Source of the DNA: Monocercomonoides exilis PA203
Taxonomy: Eukaryota; Protista; Preaxostyla
Assembly: GCA_001643675.2 (NCBI GenBank)
Contig: LSRY02000022.1
Coordinates: forward strand, 248,001-312,000
Direction: 5' to 3'
DNA length: 64,000 bases
Below, in pieces: positions 48,801 to 58,314 of the stretch. The notes under the pieces are model-generated. The model did no database searches. It saw only the letters and a list, made by a program, of their open reading frames with translations, and had not been told where the DNA came from. A program made the position numbers and the translations under genes. Each line of letters begins with the position of its first letter. Position 1 is the first letter of the stretch.

Positions 48801-49410
48801 AGTGATGGAGAATGAGAAAGGAAGCGAATTCAACAGACATCAACCAGGAAAGACAGTGTGCGTAAAGATAGCAATTATTTTCTTGCTCTTCTCTTTTCAT
48901 TCATTGAGCTCGTGAATAATTTATGTGCCGAGCCAGAAATGTTTTATATCACATTCATGTGACTTTTTTTATGAAAAGTCGAAACAAATAAAAAAGACAA
49001 ACCACAACAATTTCACATTTGTTTTGTTTTGTTCATTTGAAAATTGGCATTGAAAATAAGTTCAAAAAAACAACTATTGCCTGTTGATCCGAAAGCAAGG
49101 TTTCCATTTTCAGAAAAATCAAATTATTGTTTGTTCAATGGATTTCACTGTTTCAATCTCTTTCATTCTGCTTGAAAATGATGAATTATTGATTGAACAA
49201 TCAAAACAACAAAAAGATAAAGGTGTTATCTTTGTTGGAGTTTAACAATGAAAGCATTTTCAATTATGATTAAGCAAAGAACTTTTGAGAGAGATGAGAA
49301 GAAGAATGAAAAGGAATAATGAAAAAGAGTTTTCGATATCAATTAGTAACATATTTTTTCCTTTTTCATATTTTCAATTATTCATACAACTTGATTTCCA
49401 AAAGATAGTC
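39840..49410 (+). repeat. Copy B of the ~9.6-kb direct segmental duplication
   Basis: Homologous to ~15480-25090 across the CDS and both flanks. Ends approximate. Confidence 0.9.
40169..48805 (+). CDS. Giant receptor-like surface protein with pseudokinase tail; paralog B
   Basis: Colinear with 15790..24474, with the same architecture and an identical C-terminus (RPKLAEVIRLLMEMMESDGE). Confidence 0.85.
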   Translation: MTRNLMAVFLAIMMLSVLAKDTEAKNIVPIGQAVNVQNALFDHIGCIETSISIINTSLCVNHLNIIPLAGCPLLTAQHHSAASILSSTCQANPATISPLFLSAHASLTLTNFSLTTHQPAIFSFSLFSTPNNLLPDAHSPIPASFFISHSFFSSFISLTQPFLFSPSSLSSPSHYPSPSLSPSPSSSSSSSSSSSFSSPSISSSSSPSPLHIHHQSHPHLQIHLNLHLSNTLFSNISSPQSSLSLLSLPSYSLNPFTSTASFTNVNSILFFFLRSSLSIHSSLFKHTHNPIDGAILPNLNSPSTSLSAFNTSFLHQTRSSANAAVVNVGTEAQRVKLGRLTSFDENSHRFEWCEWNDSNGGSSYGGALCVSCTNANLTITSCSFNNCSTSDHGGALCCYYLLKINIAKSNFTSCSAAHGGAVVVFNPQSNSAWIFSENKVENCSISSWSGTGWYFYIGDFSSNGQFLFSKCKCIANSGGDSTGSLTFNDPPENKPNQFLVNECQFVNNELTSTSSTRGGAGIYLDATFTWMNGVKFITFCFFDGNTATNGRGNDVFFNGNSIAQSPFENCGSTTPSKRVWNAGTADSSVYNGWLPIINQNKIVANGGSDVDACGKTQQSPCATVEYALGCVAPFSDASLSLLVSTFTPTKTLTFRAPNTKITGNGIATTIASSGIPQPPNSHSQLSQSTSSLSSFSSLSTSSSPDPSASSALFQQTQGSLTVSALAISHNSTNQITPILFHLSQNSPSLNLNTTTITGATSSSSSITTPLFFITAGSLALNHTAITSLALNSQSIFHLISLTSPLTLNSSNITHITSTATPTSCVLSSATSPALSLSLANCTITSINSEQLSQQTATNGGCVSFASSASDNTFSVSDSTFSSCSVSEDTSSGGRGGALMIEFNEGSQVSSTTFSITNIVFSANKASIGRDMYFVCESLFASVKEPLFAFMRSITQKDNSIVGHDRTEAFGDWDVDLFIFFYGFFDDTIYVDGASGVEEVYCGLEKAPCKNVNYGMERLKKTLNVKEEIVVCEKSNITGCADVGGMRVKAKTEAIVEIECKREVSGSEACVLKSSSLTEMEFIGIIIPSSFSRTISSVIESSTQNGELFMKNCEISVNGGKGSTIGYFLIKSTGKMVELDSVTISDVKSIVSLFSISLSSGNVNDQEFKVRLLNCTLKGLEIDSGVTVEGMAAVFEGNVGFGIVINGSKIEGALSEKSKEGGALKIVLNEGGFITIENSSFVGCVCENESDGGKGGGIYLDYSLNEGGFQLSSISFSECSATVGKNMFVKSSSLVNSVKTERFAFDYSAYSYDGNAFVGEDGIYGEMDLRVFLVSLKWVVVSVSTGGHDTLGCGIEKFPCESMKSGIDHIDRSGAVGERKVNVKDEGTIEDIYLFSDALVIDGCVNEGDEIQHKTVHFERTIKGNSATTVISSIQPLGLLSLKLQIPSQFSPSMNSLISSSNNLQLENCLFDIQSSTTIQYSLITTTTGSCTLKGCSLKGTSFVKSPLVMASSVLFENSNFSNIVNTGSGEGGVARVTLKENEDLIINSTNASFCSLSSGNGKGGFLYLDCRNCLYQKPFLLEGVTFENNNAAIGKNVFILGKDFNFSVTNDTFKFDYSSMINDGNVFVGSDDFHQEKDLFMFLIPYSSFEIFISSDGFDVARCGSEEEPCKTMWKGMENMKKEIGKKTIQIEGSTFIQDSFNMSNYQIKKSVKMGEEDTKAILNIKKLIEDNNLGYIMENDIHLELTNIQMQLTSRFDNSAKSIISNRDGELVITGCSFHSEAGVNNGFDCIFVDVIGGSVEVNDLSMESCNVGNSIFAINNSGISCHLMSVRVKSLNESGGCLLLIKGIELTTKINEGEEEMSLNIDNSSFSGVKRIENGASILQSKSENKIDLVVNESGIIEDKAESSEKGGAIFFTLGASGSMKMIDSTISHCSCSFSSGRGGGVYLATKERGELNFSFVGMKFSANTASVGNDIFIECFNITSQINERQFQFDLREGYFTRNNAIYGIDSCDHQTDTDLIGLITIHQSDTIIVCSVNGSNEKQCGTNALPCYSIEHGLIHLTSELISQILVVEESVIEEEISLKEMSLSSKSRENCEVEVESEIEKAKEELVTTAGAVSLMRVNFVFGSNFISQHESLISPEGGILEIMNCSFTTKQSSGEGNAEFANIPFHIFNMAKGELQLDGCAISNLVLHESALYLSSPLPSVIYLLTICNSTILKSPLDINECGQLTIKDFNTENVTIEGNGESLISCLAMKKTMQLTNCTIGGVSSNKAKGKLMKLEDCLDVKMDSCVFDGSLKEINEQNLNSGKEMCKWDGSLVDVVKSYVLMKDTTIKNSPEGGITMSGGNVNIEMGLFENNNPSTEGYPSLRRNIICSDSGILNVESLKGGDGLERNTSLWMLNEGCSFEGIASERDSSFFIPVLESVEAKEETDKMKLTFKGSLLIPCNLSFSVVKRKGEEKEIEKHDFDSNGFMSESEVEGSVGKDLLSSCGDEIEVSVRILFGDAESPSSTNSFILKNKSETEPKGDEIISKGEEQIEWSLFAFIGCIVVLAIFVGLFVVVVVFLRKKLRESEKRVEKERMENEEIMGKIERRRRESNGGSFEMSEMPSTLLEGMTSQIPLLIDNDEEDLPEPPSMSNDEILSENDLPDLESPLPFSENASVCGASQSHSFNVISAKKPFREKEKKNIKTLHSAIHSVQGNFTLGTRAMDVVDGKEVVLEVAELFEHLISVGDERVEMMGKQLCPYSIFVEEGNNEIYVLTEEMEDEKEKEEMKRWKAPEEGNEEDGIEQAIVFTLGLILHEMTTGEVPLSECEAEEAQEMMRDGVRPLTEGIEGEELIELMEKMWGDEPNDRPKLAEVIRLLMEMMESDGE

Positions 49411-51989
49411 TTCAAACAGTGAAAAAGACCAGAAAAAGAAATTCATTTGTGTTTCATGAAATTAAGTTTGTTCTGATGAAAACAAAAATGAATTTGTCCA
49501 ATACAAAACATCAAGATTAAGAAAGAGAGTGAAATGTTTCAAAGTGTTCAAAAATACAACATCCATTCAGACAAATCATTAACTTTTTTGTTATAATAAT
49601 TCAAATTCTATTGATTTTCAACTTTCAGATTTATACTGATAAAAAATGGTTTTTGCATTTCGAAAGAGCAAGAATTGTTGAAAAAGAGGAATCATTTAAT
49701 GTTCTCATTCTATGATAGAAAAAACTCAAACTCAATAAAGTGGATAACTCCAATCGAATGTGTTGAAATTTCTAATATCACTAATGCATTCAATTCTAAA
49801 TGATTCAGTTAAAGAAGAATTGAAAGCACAGTTCTGACATTTCTGGCGAAAAGAAAAACAAAAATATCTTTAAAACTATTTGGAGAGAAAGAGAAAAACA
49901 GTTCTTGTTGATTAAAAAATTATCACAAAAATGTGAAAGTGGACATCAAATAATAAACTCGATTATTGGTTTTCAATCTTTTCCATTTTATCATTGTTCA
50001 TTTCGATGAACTTGTTCTCACCAAGGCAAATGAAAAAAAGAAAGAGCCATGAATTATCCATGGCATCAAGATGGAGATTTCCAAAAACAACATTCTGAGC
50101 AAAAAAAAACTTATCAATTAGTTTGGTTATTGAACAATTTGATGCATCAATAATAAGCTTTATGAAGTCTTGAAAGTTGATGGCTTTATAATTACTGCAA
50201 AAATCAGAGCAATCCTTCATTGATATTTAAAGAAAAAAGATCTTCTTTGTCTGTAACTTCCTACTCCAATTCCTTTGTTATTCATCCTTTTAACGAAAGA
50301 AAAGGAGAAATCAAACTAACTCAAAGAATGAATATTTCAACTCTTGTTGCAAAATAAAATACATTTAGATATCGCTCTCATTGTTTTATTCAATGTTTAT
50401 GTAAAAATCTTCTTGAAGACTTGTTAACCCTTCTCATTTCAACTCTGGGCATTCAATCAAGTTAAAATGGCTTGTTGAACAATGAAAGCTTGAAAAAATA
50501 ATATTAATTATTTATTTGCCTTCATCAGTCAAATGATGAAAGATGTTAGAATTGGAAAAGAAAATATGTTCTCAATTCATCAGTTCTATCCTAAGTGTGA
50601 GATCCTTCTTTTTGGAAAGCCTTCAATAAATTCACATTGAAGTCATTTCTTTCATTCCCGTTCTCGCTCATTTGTTCCATGTCTCAGCCAAGAAGTTTTT
50701 TCAACACTCTTAACTTCTCTTTCATCTTCCTCGTCTTCAGTTAGGAGAAAAGCTCTGATCAACATTCTTCCTCAAGTTGTTCAGTCTGCTTTCACATATT
50801 CAGTGATACAAAATTTCTTTTTCAGCAAAAGAAAACCAATTCATAATTCATCCGTTCCAGTTCTTCAAAACCTCCAATGATCATGAAATTGTTAATTTTG
50901 TTCTCACAATCATTGATAATGTCATTTTATTATTTTGATTAACAAATAAAAACTGAATTTTATCTCTTTTCATAACTTCCACATCTATTTCACTCCAACC
51001 CCATCGATACAACTTTTCTTTTGTACTTTTGAATATTTCTCAAAACTATTTGTTTACGATATTTGTATTTAACGTGACTTTATGTTTTCACCAATCATCA
51101 TTTTCCATATTTCTCTTTTGTGAAATTTTCTCCATTCAGAAAATTCTATTATTTCAGTTCAAAGCATTTCCCTTTTTTTTCACTCCTGTTTTTCATCCTC
51201 TCGATCAACTTCTCATTGACTGAAATTTCCCAATGAAATATTATGAATTAGCATTCAATTATTTTTTGTGATACAAAAATTTGTTTCATATTTTTATTAA
51301 AGTCAATGGAAACAGTTTTAATAAAAGAAACTTCATTTCTTGAAATCCAATATTACAATATTTAAACGAGAAAAATAACAATTGTGACTCTTTCTTGATT
51401 GTCATTTTCATATTTATCTTCAGTCCGAACACTCATTTTATTCGCAACAATAAAATCTGAAAGACGAATAATTATGTGTCCAATAAACATCACACTTTAA
51501 TTGACAACCACAGTCAAAACTGGATGAAATCCAATTCGTGCAGAATCATGCTTTTCGATGCATCGACAATTTTTGAAAGTTTTGCACTTATTTTTCTTCA
51601 CGTGCAAACACAGGGTCACAAATATATTGTCTCATTTAAAACTTTAATGAGAGGTTTTTTTTGTTGAAAAGTTGGTTTTTTGATCACATATCTTTCATTT
51701 TCTATTTATCAGAAATTCATTTCGTTCAGTCCAAATAATGAACACTAATGATAAAAACTGTTTTTTCGAAATAAAAATATGCATTTGTGCCGTTTTTTCA
51801 AAAAAGAAACATTTAACACTGAATCATAAAATTTATTAAAAATATTTTCTTTTTTCTGTGAAAAGTGACATCGTTAATAATCACAATCGGTCATTGTGAC
51901 AAAAAGTTGCACAAAACGCGATATGATTATATGCCATTTTGACTGTGCTGATTTGATTTTTTTTAGAGCTCGTTGTCCATGATGATATA

Positions 51990-54300
51990 ATCTCCTTCTA
52001 TATCAAGCCGAGAGTGGGAGTCTGCTCTTGTATTTTTCAATCCCTGGATGTGTTTCGCTTTCAATTCAAATTTCATTTTTTCATTCAATGTTCATATCTT
52101 TCTGAATATCTGTCAAAGATTCATTCTTTTGTTCCATTTGTTCGCACTGAATGCAAAAGCTGAATAATCTGTAAGTTGAAGCAAGTTTGAAATATCATTC
52201 TCGATAAGGATTTGTGTGAAGTGTTTTTGCACAAATAATACAACGTTTTACTCTCTTTTATTTGAATATTGACTCTTCTTATTAATGGAAAACAGTTGTT
52301 CCAGTCAAAAGTCGTTTCGTTCATTCTGAAAGTTGCTCCCCAGGAGCATTCTGATGCACCTGTGGTTTGTACGACTTCTGGAATAGACACTGGTGTTAGT
52401 CTGCGTCTGGGGTTCTACCTCAATGTCCATCTTTATTCTCTTTTCAACGGGAGGATTGATTCATTCAGCATCATTGTTCAGCATCAGCCTTTGTCAACAC
52501 TCCTTTTCGAAGTATTCTGTGAGGTCAATGAAGTTCCAACGAATTGTTTGATTGGACAAAGAATGAAACACAAGGTTTCACTGCGAATGAGGTGGAGTCA
52601 TTCACTGCGAATGTCTTGGTGTTTTGATCTTTTCTCCCAAAAGCAACATGATTTTCCCGTTGACTTTTTTCTTTCATTCGTCAGCCCTTTATTGAATCTG
52701 GCTGTGTTCCGTTGGTATCCTAGGAAACTGAATTCACTGTTTGGGCTGAGATTATTCTTCTTCTTGTTGGTCAGAAGATCGAATCCTTCCAAAAAGACAA
52801 TGATTACCAAAATAATCAACTTTGAGATTTATTGGATGAAAAAAAAGAACAGCAAGTTATCCACATACGCTGTGTCACAAACATTCAATCTTCTCTTTAT
52901 CTCTGAGATAACTTTCCTTTTCACGTGAGTGAATAGGAGCGGTGCATCAAAAAAGCACAAATGTGTGCCTCAAACAGAGTTATTTCTTCCCATGAACCTG
53001 ATAGCCAGATGGAGAATTTGCTATCACAACACAGATATCAAATAACATGCTGGATCAAGATCGAGGGATACTTTGAAATCTTTAAGTCTTGTCAGACGTT
53101 CCATTGTCTTCTTATTATTGCACCTGGAATTGGTTTTCTTCATTTCTGATTTCTGTTTTATTCAATCGATAATTTGTCTGCAGCTGCCAGATAACTTCTG
53201 GATAAAAAAGCATTGATGCTTCCCTCATATTCTTTTTCTCAATCTGCACAACAACGTCCAAGCTCAACTGTTCTTCTAGTATTTTTATGAATTCCTGTTT
53301 CATCTTCTGATTAAAAAGAACAACTCCATCTCTTTACCACTTTCCAATAAGTGATAACCTTGCAAACCAACTTCTCCACATCAACAAAACCCATTTCCTG
53401 ATCAAGCTTTCTCCTCTGATCCTCCTCCATTGCGAGAGAAAGAAAAATGTTTCTCATCCTTCTTTTAAATGATCTCTTTTCCTTTCTGAATCAAAAGCCT
53501 GAAATCTCCTCCTTTGTCTCATGCACCACAAGCTCTGGCTCATTGTTCCGTTTCTGTGAATAAAGATGAGAGCTGAAGACAAAAGGGTACTCCAAAAAAA
53601 GTTGTTTCAAACGACATAGAGAAAAGCTCTATTTTATCTGACGCTTCTTTATCCGCTCATTTGCTGGGACCTGAAACTTCAGAAAGGAAGGCTCAGTTCC
53701 AGAAATCACGGATTCCAGCTTTTGTCCTCATGTCTCGCTTCCTTCAAAATTTGTTCCCACATTTTTATTGACATTCCAGTTGAAAAGTCAACACTTGTTG
53801 CAGTGACTTCTCTGAAATCGATATTTCCCTGAATTCTGGAAAGCCGAGTCTCCTGGATTGCCTTTGAAAGCATGACCACTGTGTCAGCAAACATCTGTTT
53901 TGCATCTTCCCTGGATATCAATATCTTCGCAAGGCCAGTCAGTGTTGATTTTAATGCTTGAAACAAAAATGTGCCAACTTTTTGACAAACTTGATTCAAT
54001 GGATCATTCATCCAATAACATGTTCTTCTGATTAAAAGAAGTTTAAAATCCATAAAGGGAGTGATATCTTGTTCCTTGTGATATTCAATCATCTCCTGAA
54101 CAGACTTTGTGGAAATCCTTTGATCAAAAATTGGTTTATTTGGCTATTGTCCAAAGATCACTCCAATCACTCCAGAAATCCATCAACGCATATCCTGCTT
54201 TTCATTCTCTTCTTCCCTTTCTGAATGGAGTTTTCGTGCTGACGAGACTGTCTCTGTTCAAACTTGTGGAATGGAAAATGATGAATAAAAAATACTTGCC
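51990..54300 (-). mobile_element. Heavily decayed DIRS-like retrotransposon (gag-like, RT and RNase H remnants)
   Basis: Minus-strand remnants in the expected order: SLDLDPACY (~53045-53070), APLLFT, AYVDNLL (YxDD remnant, 52856-52867), NLSPNSEFSFLG, QTTGASECSWGAT (TDAS..WGA), and KHIQGLKNTRADSHSRLDIEGDY (~51990-52055, a DIRS-type RNase H end). ORF 53706..54092 is a possible gag remnant. No recombinase seen. Confidence 0.75.
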
Positions 54301-54973
54301 TGAGGTGAGGACTATGGTTGTCATTCAACACCATTGAGAAGCGTTGTTGAATCAGCTGCATGAGTCAGTTTGTCTAACGTCGGATATTGCAAAGCTGAAA
54401 ACTTCGATCAAATGTTGTCACTGTCGCGAAGATTGTGGAATCTTTCGAATTAAAGAAGAAATTGATGTATTGTTTTAATTAATATAACTGCAGCTTGAAT
54501 AAAATAAATTATTGGAGATTTTAATTTGAAAAAGTTCGATTAAAAAATCACTGTTCTTCCCATTCATTAAGAATGTGAATGAAAAACTGGTTGTTTTAAA
54601 GAAAATGATGTTCCGTGTCAATTATCCGCTTGTGATGGGAAGTAACTGTCAAAATAAAACCATTAATAACAAGTTTCAAATAAAGTTGTGTGTTTTCTGA
54701 TGTCAATTTATTTATTCATTTATTTTCCCCCAGATTATCTGTTTCGTCTGAAGCGAATTTTTTCTTGTCATAAGTCATCAAACAAAAATTTGACATTAAT
54801 TCGTTTGTTTTCAAAAAAAAGCATAATTTTATAAGGATTATTCGAGAATTAATCTGACAAAGACAATTCATAACTTTCATTCAGATTTGCAAAAATAACT
54901 TTCTGCAAAATTTCAACCCATTTTTCGATAGTTTTAAATTATATTAAGGGCGTATCTTTTGATTGGAACATTT

Positions 54974-57451
54974 ATGTCTCAACTATTGCAATCAGAGAAT
55001 GAAATAAGGCAACGGAGAAGCATTAACATTTCCTCAAAGGAAGGGTATAGCATTATTAGACGATACAATGATCAATTCAATTCATATGGATCAAATAAGC
55101 ATTTGACAATCATCCTTGGGAAATGTTCAACGGGAAAAAGCACAATGATAGATGCTTTATTGGGAACTGAGCTCAGAGAAACATGGGATGGAAAAATCGT
55201 AAAAGTCAACGAATCGTCTGAAGGGCCAAAAATTGGAAATGGGAGAATTGCTGAAACACAGCTTCCAAAAGTTTATAAGCTGGATGAACGTGTTTGCCTG
55301 TTGGATACTCGCGGATTTCATGGAACCAATATCGATGATGAAACAGACATACTCAATACACTGATATTAGAAGCGAATCTGAGAAAATGCAGCAAAGTTT
55401 CGGTTTTGTATCTCTCTGAATTTAGTAATTACTGTAATTTATCAAGATTGGAAGAAGACATGCTGCTGGTGAACGATATTTGCGAGGACATGAATCTTCC
55501 TGTTTTATTTGTTGCGAACAAATGCAAAGAACCACTGAAATACGAACTGAAAGCAAGCAAAGAGTCTGAAGAGATCCAAATAAAACAAATTGAGAAATTC
55601 CTTCACGAGCAGTTCATGGAGATGTATAAGGGGCAAATGGATGAGATCAAAAATAAATATTTCAAGCAAATTAATCTTTCAGATTCAAATGCACTAAGTG
55701 ATGAAAAGATCATTGGAATACTCATTGAAAAAGCAAACGATTCAACGGGACTGGAAAAATCCAATTTGGTGAAGTGCTTGAGTCAGGTTAAAATCCTCTA
55801 TATGCTGAAAAAGGCACTTGAAGAAGGACGATTCATATTCAATGATCCAGTGAACAGTTATTCAGTTGATAGACTCAGAGGCATTTTACATGATGAACAA
55901 TATTATGTGTATTCTAATCGTTTATCGCTTGGCCGCTGCACACCAAAGTCCTTCATGTTCCTGAATTGGACTTCTGAAATGGCAATTAAACTGAGTTGGC
56001 TTGTGGAAGCAATGATTGGCAGAATACAATTTCCGAAAAACTATGAACTGATAATCGAAGCGTGCGAATATTTCATAAGGATGCTGGAGCAAGACAGTTG
56101 CAAGCTGAGTTCAGATGAAACGAAACTTTTCGATGAATTGAGAAAGTTGGACGTTGAAAGTCCAGAACTTGTGGATTCCAGAATCCAAAATGAAGAGAAT
56201 TCGATTTCGAATAATCAAGAAATGATCAATTTCAGTGAAAAACTAATCGCTTCACTTGACACGGATGAGCCTGTTTTGTACGAAAAATATCACTTTGCAA
56301 AAAAAAATGGATTCTTTTCGAACGAAATAGTGATTGAAAAGCCTGTGAATATACCAAACTCAACATTTGAATTTATTCCTGCAAACAAACACACAAAGCC
56401 CGATGATGAAAGGCTGAAGCCTGGAATTGAAAGTGGATGGCTTCGAGGAGCATTCAAGGCAGAAAGCAAAATTCATAAAATAGCATCAAATGGACTTTCG
56501 TTTGCAACAAAATTGATCCACTCTAAAAAAGTTAAGAAATTTGCAGGCGCTGTTGTGTTCGGCTTAACTTCGCCTTTGTTGAAATTACTCGTTCCGAATA
56601 AAACATGTGTTTGCGAAGGAGCAATTGAGTTTTCTGCCCCATCGAGAGACTTACCGACAAATGCGCAAAAAATCGGGAAGTTAAAAGCCAGAGTGGCAGA
56701 CATGGGTGAACAGATTGAAAAAGCTGGCAACAGCATCGCTTTTTTGCAGGAAACAAAGGAGAAAATAAAAATGGCAAAATCGAAGCTCGAAGAAACAAAA
56801 ATGATGAAAGAAGTTTGGCAGAAAAGAGAGGAAAAAGTGGAAGAAATTTTGAGATTTTGTGATGAATGCGACAAGAAATATGAAGAAAATCGGGAAAAGA
56901 TAAATCAGCTGTATTTATTTGCAAGGCGCTATCTTCCACAGACGTTTGTGAATCAGTTAAAAGCTGAGAAATTGATGGCATCAACTTCCTCTTCCCTTTC
57001 GCCATCTTCTTCTGCTGTGCCATCGATGTCCAGTCCTTTTGAAGGAACGCAGCAAAAATCATCTTCTTCCTCAGCTGAATCCTCATTTTTGCCAAGTGTA
57101 TGTGAATGCAAAGCAATTGAAAATGAAAAAGAAGAAGAAAAAGAAAAAGAAGAGGAAGAGGAGGAGGAAGAAGAGGAGGAGGAAGAGGAAGAAGATGAAG
57201 ACTTTTCATTTTTGCAACAAGCAGACGAAGACAAAAAGATATTGGCAAGGTTCATTTTTGCATTGGAGAAACTGGAAGAAACTCACAAGCAGCAAAATGA
57301 TATTTCCATGGAGCTTGAAGGAAAATATGACCCGACGGAAGTTGAAAAATTTGTTGAAGAATGTGGAAGAATTTCGAATCAAACAGCTGGGTGTATTGGC
57401 TATTTTGAGCAATTCAAAAGATGCATTGAAAACGATGAAAAAGAAATCTAA
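54974..57451 (+). CDS. P-loop (TRAFAC-class) GTPase-domain protein with long helical/coiled-coil C-terminus
   Basis: G1 GKCSTGKS, G2-like IAETQLP, G3 LLDTRG, degenerate G4 VANKCK. Followed by coiled coils, a mildly hydrophobic segment (FAGAVVFGLTSPLLKLLV) and a poly-E tract. Confidence 0.8.
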   Translation: MSQLLQSENEIRQRRSINISSKEGYSIIRRYNDQFNSYGSNKHLTIILGKCSTGKSTMIDALLGTELRETWDGKIVKVNESSEGPKIGNGRIAETQLPKVYKLDERVCLLDTRGFHGTNIDDETDILNTLILEANLRKCSKVSVLYLSEFSNYCNLSRLEEDMLLVNDICEDMNLPVLFVANKCKEPLKYELKASKESEEIQIKQIEKFLHEQFMEMYKGQMDEIKNKYFKQINLSDSNALSDEKIIGILIEKANDSTGLEKSNLVKCLSQVKILYMLKKALEEGRFIFNDPVNSYSVDRLRGILHDEQYYVYSNRLSLGRCTPKSFMFLNWTSEMAIKLSWLVEAMIGRIQFPKNYELIIEACEYFIRMLEQDSCKLSSDETKLFDELRKLDVESPELVDSRIQNEENSISNNQEMINFSEKLIASLDTDEPVLYEKYHFAKKNGFFSNEIVIEKPVNIPNSTFEFIPANKHTKPDDERLKPGIESGWLRGAFKAESKIHKIASNGLSFATKLIHSKKVKKFAGAVVFGLTSPLLKLLVPNKTCVCEGAIEFSAPSRDLPTNAQKIGKLKARVADMGEQIEKAGNSIAFLQETKEKIKMAKSKLEETKMMKEVWQKREEKVEEILRFCDECDKKYEENREKINQLYLFARRYLPQTFVNQLKAEKLMASTSSSLSPSSSAVPSMSSPFEGTQQKSSSSSAESSFLPSVCECKAIENEKEEEKEKEEEEEEEEEEEEEEEDEDFSFLQQADEDKKILARFIFALEKLEETHKQQNDISMELEGKYDPTEVEKFVEECGRISNQTAGCIGYFEQFKRCIENDEKEI

Positions 57452-58314
57452 TCATTTTTCCAATTTAATGTTCTTTCACAAAATGAAAGACGTGCATTTG
57501 GTTGCATTCTGTTTCAAATAAAATTTTTCTTTTATTTTTGTTCATGATAAATATGTTATTTTTTTACAAGTTGTACCGGTTTTAAAAAAGGAACGGGATT
57601 ATTTTCTGTGTGTTTCATTTTCGTTTTAACCTCTGTATGTAAGCTTTGATGTTGCCTTTGATCTTTCTCACCATTTATATGTATTTTTTCTTTCTCTTCT
57701 TATTTTCAATTTTTCTCTTAACAGTTCAGAGAATATGTTGAGCTGTATTTATTTTCTTTCGATGCGCGCAGACAATTATTTATTAAAGACATTCGCAAAT
57801 AGATAAAAATATTTATACATTTTTATTTTTGTTTTGACTTTTGCGTTTCAATTAAACACATCGGAATAACAATCAGTCTATTTCAAACGGAACAACACTT
57901 CTTAATCAAATAACTTGTTCTTCACAACCAACATTGATTTATTGCATGCAAAAAAGTGAAACAAACGAAGAATGTGAATATTTATTTTTAAGCGTTTTAA
58001 ATACAAGAAATTGTTCAAAATGAGAATTTTTTTTGACGTTTAAAATTTAATTGAACAGAAATGAAAACTTCTTATGTTTCATTGGAAAAGTTTTTGCAAG
58101 TATGTTTGAAAATCGAAAAAAATGGAAAAAGGTTGTTATTTATTTTTGAAATGCATTCCGAAATGCAAAAACTGCAAGCACAGAGAAATAAAAAGTCTGA
58201 AACATGGTGTAGTTTTTCCGGCACAAGGCGTTTCGAAAGATTGTTTGGAGCAATTACACTTTCGATAATTATTTTCTTTAAAATTGATCAACAACCAATT
58301 ATCTTTCTGTTAAA

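Noticed and set aside
49960-51060. Coding-like purine-rich minus-strand remnant
   Set aside because: Too degraded to assign to a family.
52577-52613. 13-bp direct repeat TTCACTGCGAATG x2
   Set aside because: Only two units inside a decayed retroelement. A local duplication, not a CRISPR-like array.
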